A stretch of DNA of 64,000 nucleotides from an uncultured Chloroflexia bacterium. Its GTDB lineage: Bacteria; Chloroflexota; Limnocylindria; Limnocylindrales; CSP1-4. This document shows positions 29,206-38,841 of the stretch, piece by piece. The notes beneath the pieces were generated by a model. That model was not told where the DNA came from, ran no database searches, and worked only from the letters and a program-made list of their open reading frames with translations. The DNA is taken from the NCBI GenBank assembly GCA_963749705.1, contig CAVVNQ010000018.1, forward strand, positions 64,001-128,000, written 5' to 3'. How positions within the stretch are numbered: the stretch's first letter is position 1; each line of letters begins with the position of its first letter. The position numbers and the translations under genes are program-made.

Positions 29206-29754
29206 ATGCGCAGCCTGTACCTCGGGCCGTGGCGGATCGACCTGGAGTGGGGTGCCGGGGTCCCGCGGCTGCTCCCGGGTGCCGCGCTTGCCCGCACCGC
29301 CGCGGCCGCGCTCGAGATCGCCGGCGCCCCGACCCCGGCCTCGCTGGGCCTGATCCTGGCCGACGACCGTGAGCTCGCGACGCTCAACGCCGAGCACATG
29401 GGCAAGGACGGCCCGACCGACGTGCTGTCGTTTCCGATGCTCCCGGCCGACGCGTTTCCGGCGCATCCGGGGAAGGCCGGCGACGGGGCCGGGCCGTTCG
29501 CGTTCGCGCTGCCGCCGGGCACCCGCCCGCACCTGGGCGACATCGTGATCTCGGTGGAACGGGCGATCGACCAGGCCGCGGCCGGGCGTGGCGGGCAGAC
29601 GGGCGACGTTCGCTGGGACGCCCTGGACGAGCTGCGACTGCTGGTCACGCACGGCACGCTCCACGTCTGCGGCTGGGATCATGCCGAGCCCGTCGAGGAG
29701 GCCGCGATGCGGTCGCTGGAACGGCGCCTGCTGGGCGGGGACCCCACGGCCTGA
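29206..29754 (+). CDS. ybeY: rRNA maturation RNase YbeY
   Basis: PTDVLSFP, LGDIVIS, HGTLHVCGWDH. Confidence 0.92.
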   Translation: MRSLYLGPWRIDLEWGAGVPRLLPGAALARTAAAALEIAGAPTPASLGLILADDRELATLNAEHMGKDGPTDVLSFPMLPADAFPAHPGKAGDGAGPFAFALPPGTRPHLGDIVISVERAIDQAAAGRGGQTGDVRWDALDELRLLVTHGTLHVCGWDHAEPVEEAAMRSLERRLLGGDPTA

Positions 29755-29860
29755 CGGTTGGTACCATCACCGCTGAGCCCCGTCGGACACGGTCCCGGGG
29801 CCGTTCGCCGTGTCCGGGCGTCCCCGGCACGCCTGCATCGTCGGAGGTGGGATCGACATC

Positions 29861-30565
29861 GTGAAGCTCGTCGTCGGCCTGGGCAACCCGGGTGGCCAGT
29901 ACGCGGAGACGCGCCACAACATCGGCTGGATGGTGCTCGATCGCCTCGCGGACCGCGCCGGCCGGTCGGGTCGTGGCCGCCAGCGCGATGCGTCGGAGAG
30001 CATCCAGATCCGGTACAAGGGCCTGGACCTCGTGCTCGCCAAGCCGCTGACGTACATGAACGACTCCGGGATCGCGGTGCGCAAGCTGCTCGCGCGCGAG
30101 CGGACCCCGCTCGTCGAGCTGCTCGTCGTCGCCGATGACTTCGCGCTGCCGTTCGGCAAGCTCCGGTTCCGCGAGGGCGGCAGCCACGGCGGCCACAACG
30201 GCCTGCGCTCGATCATCGACGAGATGGGCACCGAGAAGATCGCCCGGCTGCGGGTGGGGATCGGCGAGCCCGATCGCGGGGCCATCGACCACGTGCTCTC
30301 GAAGTTTGCCGCCGACGAGCGCACGCGGCTGCCGATCCTGCTCGACGCCGCCGCGGATGCGGTCGAGGCGTGGGCGCGCGAGGGCACCTCGAAGGCGGCA
30401 AACCGGTTCAACGCCTTCGGGCTCCAGGCACCCGCCGAGAGCGGCGATGGTCCAGGACCGGGCGAGGTTGACGGCCCGGCCGATGACACCGGCGTCCGAC
30501 GCACGCGGACCGGGTGGCGCCGAATCCTGGGCGGCGATAAGGGCGATGACGGCGGCCGCCGATGA
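29861..30565 (+). CDS. pth: Peptidyl-tRNA hydrolase
   Basis: GLGNPG, TRHNIG, YMNDSG, GGHNGLRS. Confidence 0.95.
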   Translation: MKLVVGLGNPGGQYAETRHNIGWMVLDRLADRAGRSGRGRQRDASESIQIRYKGLDLVLAKPLTYMNDSGIAVRKLLARERTPLVELLVVADDFALPFGKLRFREGGSHGGHNGLRSIIDEMGTEKIARLRVGIGEPDRGAIDHVLSKFAADERTRLPILLDAAADAVEAWAREGTSKAANRFNAFGLQAPAESGDGPGPGEVDGPADDTGVRRTRTGWRRILGGDKGDDGGRR

Positions 30566-33500
30566 CCAATCCCTACCGCGGACGGACGACCCGCGAACGA
30601 AAGCTCGCCGACAAGGTCGCTCGAGAGTGGGCGGAGCGACGGGCCGCGGCAGAGGTCGCCGAGCGCGAGGTCGACCTCGATCGCGCGTCCGCCGAGGCGG
30701 AGGTCGAGCTGCTCGATCCCGCGGCGCGCGCCGAGGCCGCACGGACCCCCGACGCGGCGCCCGCCGACGACGCCGCGACCGGCGATGCCCGCGGGCGGCC
30801 CCGGCGGCCGGCGGCGATGCGCTCGCCGGCGGACCGGGCCGGCGCCACGGGCCGCGGCCCCGGCCGCCGCGTCCCCGATCTCGCGGCGCTGCCGCGGCTG
30901 CTCCACGAGACGGGATCGTTCGCATCGCTGCGCGAGCGGCTGGGCATGCCCGCGGACCCGGTGGGGATCCACGGTCGCCACGCCGGCCTGACCACCGTGC
31001 CCCACGGCGCCAAGACGTACCTCGCGGCCGCGCTCGCGCTGGCGCCGTCCGGGGAGCGGATCTGCTGGGTCGCGCGCGACGCGGAGATCGGCGACCGGGT
31101 GGCCGAGGAGCTGGGTGCGTGGCTCGGGGACCCCGCGCTGGTGGCCGTGCTCGAGCCCCGCACGTCGCTGCCCTACGAGCGGAGCGAGCTGGTGCCCGAC
31201 GAGACGGCCGCCCGGGTGGCGGCGCTGGCGGCGTGGCGCGAGGGGACGGCGCGGGTGCTGGTGGCCAGCGTCCAGGCGCTGCTCCAGGCCACGCTCGCCG
31301 CCGCCGATCTCCCGGACCGACCGTGGATCCTCCGGGAAGGGTCGCGGATCGGGCTGGACGCGCTGCTGTCCGAGCTGCTCGAGCGCGGGTACACGCCCGT
31401 CCTCGAGGTCGCGGGACGCGGAGAGCTCGCCCACCGGGGCGGCATCGTCGACGTGTTCCCGCCCTCAGCGGACCTGCCGATCCGGATCGAGCTGTTCGGC
31501 GACGAGGTGGACTCGCTGCGCTCGTTCGATCCCACCGACCAGCGAAGCGTGGAGCCGGTCCACGAGGTCACGCTGCTCCCGGCGACCGAGTTCCTGCTGC
31601 CGGCCGGCGGCGCCGACGAGATCCGGGAGCGGCTGGGGCGCCGTGCCCCGCGACTCCCGGAGCGGCTGGCCCAGGACCTGACGCGGTTCGCGGGCGATGC
31701 GGCAGGGTCATCGGGGCAGCGTGCCGGCCGGGCGCTGGCGGCCGGTGATGCCGCCGAGGTGTGGGCGAGGTTCGTCGCACCGGCCACGGGCCTCGACCAC
31801 CTCGGCCCCGAGACCCTGCTGGTGCTCGACGAGCCCGGCGACCTCGCCGACGCGGCGGACTTCCTGTGGCGCCAGGCGGACGAGCGCCAGGCGGAGCTCG
31901 TCGACAGCGGCGACCTGCCGAAGGACTGGCCGGGCGCCTTTCTCCCGCCGCGGGACTGGAAGGCGCGCCTGCATGGAGCCCGCACGCTGGAGCTCACCTG
32001 GCAGTCCGAGGCGGGCGCGGCCGAGGGGATGGCCTACGCGTCGAAGGGCCTGACCTCGGGCGACCTGTTCGGCTGGCGCGAGCCGGTGCTGCCGCCGGGA
32101 CGCACGGAGCGGCTCGTCGACGGCGTCGAGCACTGGCTGGGTGAGCGGGCGCGCGTCGTCCTGGCGTCGGACCAGGCCCCCCGCCTGGCGGAGCTGCTGG
32201 GCGAGGCCGGGCACCCGGTGGGCATCGTCCATCGCATCGCCGAGGCGCCGCCGCCGGGGGCGATCGCCCTGATCGAGCGCAGCCTCAACGGCGGGTTCGA
32301 GGGCGGTCCCGACGGGCTCGCGCTGGTCACGGACCGGGAGCTGTTCGGCAGCGTCCGCGTCCGGCGGCCCAAGGCCATGCGGCGGGTGGTGCCACGCGAC
32401 ATCCTGGAGCGGCTGTCGCCCGGCGATCTCGTCGTCCACATCGACCACGGGATCGCCCGCTACGAGCAGATGCTCCGGCGCGGGGAGGCGGGCCAGGAAC
32501 GCGACTACCTGGAGCTCTCGTTCGCCGCCGGGGACCGGATCTTCGTCCCGGTCGAGCAGATCAACCGGGTCAGCCGCTACTCGGGCGGCGAGCACCCGAC
32601 CCTCAGCCGGCTGGGCGGCACCGACTGGCTGCGTACCAAGCAACGGGTCCGGAAGGCGGTCAGCGACCTCGCCGAGGAGCTGCTGCGGCTGTACGCGAAG
32701 CGTGAGGCGGCCGACGGCTTCCCGTACGCCGCGGACTCCCCGTGGCAGATGGAGATGGAGGCCTCGTTCCCGTACGAGGAGACGCCGGACCAGCTCCGGG
32801 CCGCCGAGGAGGTCAAGGCCGACATGGAGACGCGCCGGCCGATGGACCGGCTGGTCGTCGGCGACGTCGGGTACGGCAAGACCGAGGTGGCGTTGCGGGC
32901 CGCGTTCAAGGCCACCCAGGACGGCAAGCAGGTCGCGGTCCTGGTGCCGACCACCGTGCTGGCCGGCCAGCACTTCGCCACCTTCAGCCAGCGCTTCGGC
33001 GCGTTCCCGATCACCGTCCGGCTGCTGTCGCGGTTCGTTGGTGCGCGCGAGCAGGAGCGCACGGTGGCCGGTCTCGCCAACGGCACGGTGGACATCGTCA
33101 TCGGCACCCACCGGCTGCTGTCGAAGGACGTGGCGTTCCGGGACCTGGGGCTGGTCGTCGTGGACGAGGAGCAGCGGTTCGGCGTCGCCGCCAAGGAGCG
33201 GCTCAAGCAGCTGCGTGCCGCCGTCGACGTGCTCACGCTGTCGGCGACGCCCATCCCGCGCACGCTCAACCTGGCGCTGGCCGGGATCCGCGACCTGTCG
33301 GTGATCGAGACGCCGCCCGAGGACCGGCTGCCGATCCAGACGCGCGTGGCGGAGGCGTCGGCGGGGCTCGTCCGCGACGCGATCCTGCGCGAGCTGGACC
33401 GTGGCGGCCAGGTGTTCTACGTGCACAACCGGGTGGAGACGATCGAGGCCCAGGCGGAGCAGCTGCGCCGGCTGCTGCCCGGTGCGCGGATCGTGGTGGG

Positions 33501-34452
33501 CCACGGGCAGATGGGTGAGGGCGCGCTGGAGAAGGTGATGCTCGCCTTCGCGGGTGGCGCGGCCGACGTCCTCGTGTGCACCACGATCATCGAATCCGGG
33601 CTCGACATCCCCAACGCCAACACGATCGTCATCGACCGGGCGGACACGCTCGGGCTGGCCCAGCTGTACCAGCTCCGGGGGCGGGTGGGACGGTCGAGCC
33701 GGCGGGCGTACGCCTACCTGCTGTATCGCCGTCGCGAGCGGATGAGCGAGGAGGCACGCAAGCGGCTCCAGGCGATCTTCAACGCCTCGGAGCTGGGCGC
33801 CGGGTTCCAGATCGCGCTCGCCGACCTCGAGATCCGGGGCGCGGGCAACATCCTGGGCGGCGAGCAGTCGGGCCACATGGCGGCGGTCGGGTTCGACCTG
33901 TACTCGCGGCTGCTGGGCGAGGCGGTCGAGGAGGCCAAGGCACGGCGCGAGGATCGGGAGCCCGTTCGCGAGGCGATCCAGGCCGTGGTCGACCTGCCGG
34001 TCGACGCTCACCTGCCCGACGACTACGTGCCGGAGGTGGCCCAGAAGCTGGAGCTGTACCGCCGGCTGGCGCGAGCGCGGACGCTGGGCGACGTCGCCGC
34101 GTTCCGCCAGGAGGTCACCGACCGGTACGGACCGCTGCCGGCGCCGGTCCTCCGGCTGGCCGAGGTGGCGGAGCTCCGGCTGGCAGCCGAATCCGCGGGC
34201 GTGGTCTCGCTGGCCCGCGAGGACGGGCTGCTGGTGGTCCGGTTCGGGGCCGGGCTGTCGCGGGCGACCGCGATGCAGCTGCTGACACCATCGGGGGTCG
34301 CGGGGCCGCTGCCGGGCGTCCGGCCGGGGGACATGACGTTCGCGTCGAACCAGGTCCGGATCCGGCTGCCCAAGGATCCGCTCAAGGGCTGGGTGCTGAC
34401 GCAGGCGGTGGTGTCGCGGCTGGTCGCGGCGGCGGGGTCAGCGAGCGGGTGA
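30562..34452 (+). CDS. mfd: Transcription-repair coupling factor
   Basis: UvrB-like module, RID (VVHIDHGIARY), GDVGYGKT, DEEQRFG, QLRGRVGR, TRCF domain. Confidence 0.96.
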   Translation: MTNPYRGRTTRERKLADKVAREWAERRAAAEVAEREVDLDRASAEAEVELLDPAARAEAARTPDAAPADDAATGDARGRPRRPAAMRSPADRAGATGRGPGRRVPDLAALPRLLHETGSFASLRERLGMPADPVGIHGRHAGLTTVPHGAKTYLAAALALAPSGERICWVARDAEIGDRVAEELGAWLGDPALVAVLEPRTSLPYERSELVPDETAARVAALAAWREGTARVLVASVQALLQATLAAADLPDRPWILREGSRIGLDALLSELLERGYTPVLEVAGRGELAHRGGIVDVFPPSADLPIRIELFGDEVDSLRSFDPTDQRSVEPVHEVTLLPATEFLLPAGGADEIRERLGRRAPRLPERLAQDLTRFAGDAAGSSGQRAGRALAAGDAAEVWARFVAPATGLDHLGPETLLVLDEPGDLADAADFLWRQADERQAELVDSGDLPKDWPGAFLPPRDWKARLHGARTLELTWQSEAGAAEGMAYASKGLTSGDLFGWREPVLPPGRTERLVDGVEHWLGERARVVLASDQAPRLAELLGEAGHPVGIVHRIAEAPPPGAIALIERSLNGGFEGGPDGLALVTDRELFGSVRVRRPKAMRRVVPRDILERLSPGDLVVHIDHGIARYEQMLRRGEAGQERDYLELSFAAGDRIFVPVEQINRVSRYSGGEHPTLSRLGGTDWLRTKQRVRKAVSDLAEELLRLYAKREAADGFPYAADSPWQMEMEASFPYEETPDQLRAAEEVKADMETRRPMDRLVVGDVGYGKTEVALRAAFKATQDGKQVAVLVPTTVLAGQHFATFSQRFGAFPITVRLLSRFVGAREQERTVAGLANGTVDIVIGTHRLLSKDVAFRDLGLVVVDEEQRFGVAAKERLKQLRAAVDVLTLSATPIPRTLNLALAGIRDLSVIETPPEDRLPIQTRVAEASAGLVRDAILRELDRGGQVFYVHNRVETIEAQAEQLRRLLPGARIVVGHGQMGEGALEKVMLAFAGGAADVLVCTTIIESGLDIPNANTIVIDRADTLGLAQLYQLRGRVGRSSRRAYAYLLYRRRERMSEEARKRLQAIFNASELGAGFQIALADLEIRGAGNILGGEQSGHMAAVGFDLYSRLLGEAVEEAKARREDREPVREAIQAVVDLPVDAHLPDDYVPEVAQKLELYRRLARARTLGDVAAFRQEVTDRYGPLPAPVLRLAEVAELRLAAESAGVVSLAREDGLLVVRFGAGLSRATAMQLLTPSGVAGPLPGVRPGDMTFASNQVRIRLPKDPLKGWVLTQAVVSRLVAAAGSASG

Positions 34453-34462
34453 AGGAGCGTTC

Positions 34463-34936
34463 ATGAGCTGGCTTCGACGACGACGACGGGCGGCTCGCCT
34501 GATCCTCCTCGATCCGGCCGGTCGCGTGCTGCTGTTTCGACTTTCGGCGGCACGCGATCCGGACGGCAACGGCTACTGGTACCTGCCGGGCGGCGGAATC
34601 CGACTCGGCGAGGCGGTCGAGGCGGCCGCCCGCCGCGAGCTGCGCGAGGAGACGGGCATCCGGGACGTCGTGATCCGTGGGGTGGTGGGGCAACGGGCGG
34701 GGGTCCGGTTCACGTTCGCAGGCCGCGAGATCGTCCAGGACGAGTGGTACGTCGCCGGTCGGGTGTCGAGCGCGGATCCTGGCCCCGAAACCCGCGGTCG
34801 CCGGCGCGGCGGCGAGGCGGACGCCGTTGCCGCAAGCCGATGGTGGACAACGGACGACCTGGTCGCGACCGAGGATACGGTGTATCCGCCGGGGCTCACG
34901 GACCTCATCGCCAGGGCAGCGGAGGCAGTCCGGTGA
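34463..34936 (+). CDS. NUDIX hydrolase
   Basis: Nudix box GGGIRLGEAVEAAARRELREETG. Confidence 0.88.
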   Translation: MSWLRRRRRAARLILLDPAGRVLLFRLSAARDPDGNGYWYLPGGGIRLGEAVEAAARRELREETGIRDVVIRGVVGQRAGVRFTFAGREIVQDEWYVAGRVSSADPGPETRGRRRGGEADAVAASRWWTTDDLVATEDTVYPPGLTDLIARAAEAVR

Positions 34937-35116
34937 CGGACGACCCGGCGCAGCTGCATGCCGTCGAGCTTGCGCTTGCGAGCCGGCACGAATCCGCGAT
35001 CCGACCACCAGGGGCGACCGCTGACTGGCTGCGGCGCGGCCGCCGGCGGGGGCCGGCAGGCCCGGTCGAGATCGCTGCTGGACGGCGCCGCATTGGCGTC
35101 GTCCGCCGGGCGACAT

Positions 35117-36595
35117 TCAGGGTTGAGCGGGCGCCTCGCCCACCGCGACGCCGAGATGACGCGCCGAATCGAACCCGAACAGCACGATGCGTCCGCCGAT
35201 CGCGCCCACGGCCTGCACCTGGTTGCCAGGCAGGACGGAGGCGATGTCGAGCCGGCTCCAGGCGAGGCCGTTGGGCGAGTGCCACGCGACGCCGGTTCCG
35301 TCCTGCGAGACCCCCGCCGCAATGAACTCGGAACCAAGCCACGTGACGTTGAGGACGCGTCCGGCGACATCCGGCGGGGTTGGGGACGTCTGCCACGCTC
35401 GTCCGTCGGCCGAAACCCACGAACGCCCCAGGCCCTGGTCATCGCCGACAGCAACGTAGCCGTCCGGGCTGGCCGCGATCGCTCGGATCGACGCGCTCGT
35501 CGAGGGGATCGCGCCCGGAAGCCGAGCCCAGGTCGTGCCGTCGACGGAGAGCCAGACGCTGGGCTCGATGCCTGTGTCGCCGACCGCCACCAGGCCCGCA
35601 GGCCCGTCGGTCACCGCCTGCATCGTGCCGCCGGCGAACTCGGGGCTGGTCGGGTCGTTGAACGTCCAGTCCGTCCCATCACGGGACGTCGCGACGACGG
35701 CACCAGCAGGCGTCGACGCGGCCCCAAGGTCGCCGTTGGTCGTGCGCATGTCCCCGACGAGCACAAAGCCGGGGCCGCCGGCCGCGAGATCGGTGAAGAA
35801 CGAAACGGCGCCTGCGCCGAATGGAGGATCGATCAATACGGACCGCCAGAGGCCGCTGGACGACGGTGCGCTGCATGTCACGCACGTCCGGGCACCTTCG
35901 GCCAGCCAGACGCGGAACGTCGGGGTGGCAACGTGCGGGTCGATCCTCAGGGTGCCGAGCGTGCCGTCGAGCCTCGCAGGTGCCATGCCCAACACGGCAA
36001 GCGCGTCGTCGTGGGCCGCGACATCGATGGCGGCGAAATTGGCGAACGTCGAGTCCGCGGGCAGCTGCCGCCAGGTGCGTCCATCCGCCGACAACCAGAC
36101 CCCGGCGGCTCCCCACGAGCCGGCCGCGATCGCATTCGTCGGCCCGGGGATCCCGCCGACGGCGGCGAGCTGGCCACTGGCGACGCCGACGCGCAGGATC
36201 AGCCCACCGTTGAACGCCGCGATCCCGCCAAGGCGGCTCCAAGTGTAGGCGGACAGCTGTTGCGGCCCTGCGACCGGCGCGGTGGTGACCCAGCCAAGTC
36301 GAGCCAGGACCGCAAACACCATGACCGCGGCCGCGGCAATGGGCAGGAGCCATCCAAGGCTCGGTCGCGGCGCAGGTCTGGTTGCGGCGTCGATGACGGC
36401 CAGCCGAACGCGATCGGGTGCCCCGATGGTGCGCCGAGACCGAACGAGGGCTTGATCAGCCCGCAGGTCCGCGGCGTACCGCCGACAGTCCAGGCACCCG
36501 CGAGCGTGCGCCGCGAGCTGCTGCGCCTCGTCGGTCGACAGGGCGAAATCCAGCGCGGTCGCCGATAGCTCCCGGAATCTGCGGTGCTCGTTCAT
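35117..36595 (-). CDS. Zinc-binding anti-sigma factor (zf-HC2) with TM and extracellular repeat (beta-propeller-like) domain
   Basis: HARGCLDC, one TM, five WxSxDGxxW-type repeats; ATGA overlap with the ECF sigma gene. Confidence 0.8.
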   Translation of the reverse strand: MNEHRRFRELSATALDFALSTDEAQQLAAHARGCLDCRRYAADLRADQALVRSRRTIGAPDRVRLAVIDAATRPAPRPSLGWLLPIAAAAVMVFAVLARLGWVTTAPVAGPQQLSAYTWSRLGGIAAFNGGLILRVGVASGQLAAVGGIPGPTNAIAAGSWGAAGVWLSADGRTWRQLPADSTFANFAAIDVAAHDDALAVLGMAPARLDGTLGTLRIDPHVATPTFRVWLAEGARTCVTCSAPSSSGLWRSVLIDPPFGAGAVSFFTDLAAGGPGFVLVGDMRTTNGDLGAASTPAGAVVATSRDGTDWTFNDPTSPEFAGGTMQAVTDGPAGLVAVGDTGIEPSVWLSVDGTTWARLPGAIPSTSASIRAIAASPDGYVAVGDDQGLGRSWVSADGRAWQTSPTPPDVAGRVLNVTWLGSEFIAAGVSQDGTGVAWHSPNGLAWSRLDIASVLPGNQVQAVGAIGGRIVLFGFDSARHLGVAVGEAPAQP

Positions 36596-37134
36596 CCTGT
36601 CGCCTCGCCTTGCAGATGCCGCCGGAGGTCGCGCCGCGCCCGCCACAGCAATGTCCTGGTCGCACCCTCGCTGCGCCGGATGATTCGGGCCACCTCCTGT
36701 CCGGAGTAGCCATCGCCGGCCAACAACAGCGCCATCCGGGATTCGACCGGCAGCATGGCCAGGGCATCCGCCAGCGCCGTCCTGCGCTCGCGCCGCACAA
36801 GGTCGTCCTCAGGGGACGCCACGGTGCCGCGACTCACGAACAGCTGTTGCCACCTCTCGGCCGTCAGGCGTCGGCGGGCATGGCTGCGGGCGAGGTTCAC
36901 GACCACCCGATACAGCCACGCTCGAGCATTGTCCGGAAACCGGCCGGCGTGGGATTCGCGAACGAGCCGCAGGAACGCTTCCTGGACCAGGTCCTCCGCC
37001 GCCGCGTGGTTGCGCGTGACCGCCAGGCTGAACGTGAACAGGTCCCGCTCGTTCGCGTCGTAGGCGGCAACGAGTGCGGCGGCACGATCGGCCTGGGACA
37101 CATCCGCCCCTGCCCGTCGGTTGTCCACGAGCAT
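36592..37134 (-). CDS. ECF RNA polymerase sigma factor
   Basis: AEDLVQEAFLRL, AWLYRVVVN, region 4 YSGQEVARIIRRSEGATRTLLWRAR; start 37134 or 37101. Confidence 0.9.
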   Translation of the reverse strand: MLVDNRRAGADVSQADRAAALVAAYDANERDLFTFSLAVTRNHAAAEDLVQEAFLRLVRESHAGRFPDNARAWLYRVVVNLARSHARRRLTAERWQQLFVSRGTVASPEDDLVRRERRTALADALAMLPVESRMALLLAGDGYSGQEVARIIRRSEGATRTLLWRARRDLRRHLQGEATG

Positions 37135-37203
37135 CTGGCTCCGTTCCAACGGTCTCCAGCTCCGCCCACTGCACGGTCCAGGCACCACGCATGCCTCGTA
37201 TCC

Positions 37204-37284
37204 CACGACGCGATGGTTGGCCGATTGTCACATCAGGGCAACGGGCCGCGCCCGTCGTGACAAACCGACGGTCGCCGCGTCGTG
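37204..37284. promoter_or_regulatory. Back-to-back ECF-type promoters GTGACAA-N14-CGTCGTG on both strands
   Basis: Minus: 37231-37225 and 37210-37204; plus: 37257-37263 and 37278-37284. Confidence 0.7.
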
Positions 37285-37335
37285 CGTGGCATGGGTGTCG
37301 CAATTCTGCGGCCGGCGAGATGGGAGGGAGCAGCA

Positions 37336-37704
37336 ATGGACGAGCGAATGACGTCGGGATCTGACCCGGTCGGGTGGCGTCGTGCTGGGCTCGGGTCGCG
37401 ACGAGCCGCCGGGATCGCCGCGGCGGTGGTGATTGCCACGATCGCGGTTGTCGCTTCGCCCGCGACGCAGCCGACGCACGGCGGGCAGGTGGCGACCACG
37501 CCACTCCTGGTCGGCGAGCACAGTGCGCTCGGACCGCGCCAGGTCGAGGCGATCAACCGGGCGATCGCCTCGATGCAGCAGCTTCGCGGAGAACACGCGG
37601 GGATCGCCTTTGCCGAGTACGAAGCCGAGTCGGCCAGCGTGAGATTGCATCTCCGCCGCGCGGCGGCAGGTCCGGGCGACGTCGCCGGCGATCCGTCGCC
37701 CTGA
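37336..37704 (+). CDS. Small hypothetical exported/membrane-anchored protein
   Basis: GGGAGGGAG RBS, basic N-terminus then hydrophobic stretch; downstream of the plus-strand ECF promoter. Confidence 0.5.
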   Translation: MDERMTSGSDPVGWRRAGLGSRRAAGIAAAVVIATIAVVASPATQPTHGGQVATTPLLVGEHSALGPRQVEAINRAIASMQQLRGEHAGIAFAEYEAESASVRLHLRRAAAGPGDVAGDPSP

Positions 37705-37848
37705 GGTAGATGCCCCGGACCGCGGGCGCGCGCGTGGTTCATGCGGCGCGATCCGGTGCGTCCGGGATCGCCGCGGCCGGACCCGTCGCTTCGTGGCCAG
37801 CCGGCGGCCGCTCCGGCACCCGCCCCGGATCGGAGGCATCCTGTGGGC

Positions 37849-38790
37849 ATGAAGCCCTGGTTCGGTCTCCACCATCCCAACTACACGTTTCCAGACACCC
37901 CGACGGAGCGGCTGTTCGACCGCATCGTCGAGCAGGCGCAGGCGGCCGAGGCGGCGGGGTTCAGCCTCGTCACCGTGATGGACCATCTCAACCAGATCCC
38001 GGGGTTCGGTCCCCAGACCGAGCCGATGCTCGAAGGTTGGTCGACGCTCGCGGCCCTCGCCCGCGAGACGAAGACGGCGCGGCTCGGCACGCTGGTCAGC
38101 GGCGTCACCTACCGCAACCCCGCCCTGATGGCCAAGATGGCGACGACGCTCGATGTCCTGTCGGGTGGCCGGGCCGTGTTCGGGCTGGGCGCGGCCTGGT
38201 TCGAGGCGGAGCATCTCGCGCTGGGCTTCGACTTCCCGCCCATCGGCGAGCGGATGGACCGCCTGGACGAGGCGCTGACGATCGTCAAGGCGATGTTCAC
38301 CGAGGAGCGTCCGACGTTCCACGGCCGGCACTACCGGATCGACGAGGCGCTCAACGTGCCCCGGCCGATCCAGCCGGGTGGGCCGCGGATCCTGGTCGGC
38401 GGCGTCGGCGAGCGGCGCACGCTCCGGATCGCGGCCCGGCACGCGGACATGACCCACTGGTTCCCGCTGGGGCTGGACGGGCTGGCGCACAAGACCGAGG
38501 TCCTCGCCCGGCATTGCGAGGAGATCGGCCGCGATCCGGCGACGATCGAGCGGACGATGGCGTCCCCGGTGATGGTGGCCGCGACCGAGGCGGAGGCGAA
38601 GGCGATGCGCGAGCGCATCCCGCCGGCACAGCGCGACCATCACGTCGTGGGCACGCTGCCGCAGGCCGCGGACGCGCTCCGGCCGTACCTCGACGCCGGG
38701 TTCACCGGGTTCACGTTCCGCAACAACGAGCTGACCACCCTGGACTCGATCGCGGTCGCGGGCGAGCTGCTTCGGCTCATCGGAGGATAG
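37849..38790 (+). CDS. LLM-class (probably F420-dependent) oxidoreductase
   Basis: VMDHL, EGWSTL, YRNPALMAK, LSGGRAVFGLGAAW, ILVGGVGE. Confidence 0.88.
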   Translation: MKPWFGLHHPNYTFPDTPTERLFDRIVEQAQAAEAAGFSLVTVMDHLNQIPGFGPQTEPMLEGWSTLAALARETKTARLGTLVSGVTYRNPALMAKMATTLDVLSGGRAVFGLGAAWFEAEHLALGFDFPPIGERMDRLDEALTIVKAMFTEERPTFHGRHYRIDEALNVPRPIQPGGPRILVGGVGERRTLRIAARHADMTHWFPLGLDGLAHKTEVLARHCEEIGRDPATIERTMASPVMVAATEAEAKAMRERIPPAQRDHHVVGTLPQAADALRPYLDAGFTGFTFRNNELTTLDSIAVAGELLRLIGG

Positions 38791-38841
38791 GGTCGGCATC
38801 CTGACCCGTTCCGCGCCGGACGGACCGGGCATCATCTCCAG

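Noticed and set aside
26311-29682. 1123-aa minus-strand ORF, and other long antisense ORFs such as 5943-8636, 31708-34011 and 37228-40278
   Set aside because: Shadow ORFs of GC-rich genes; Arg/Gly/Ala-rich with no motifs, lying opposite well-supported genes.
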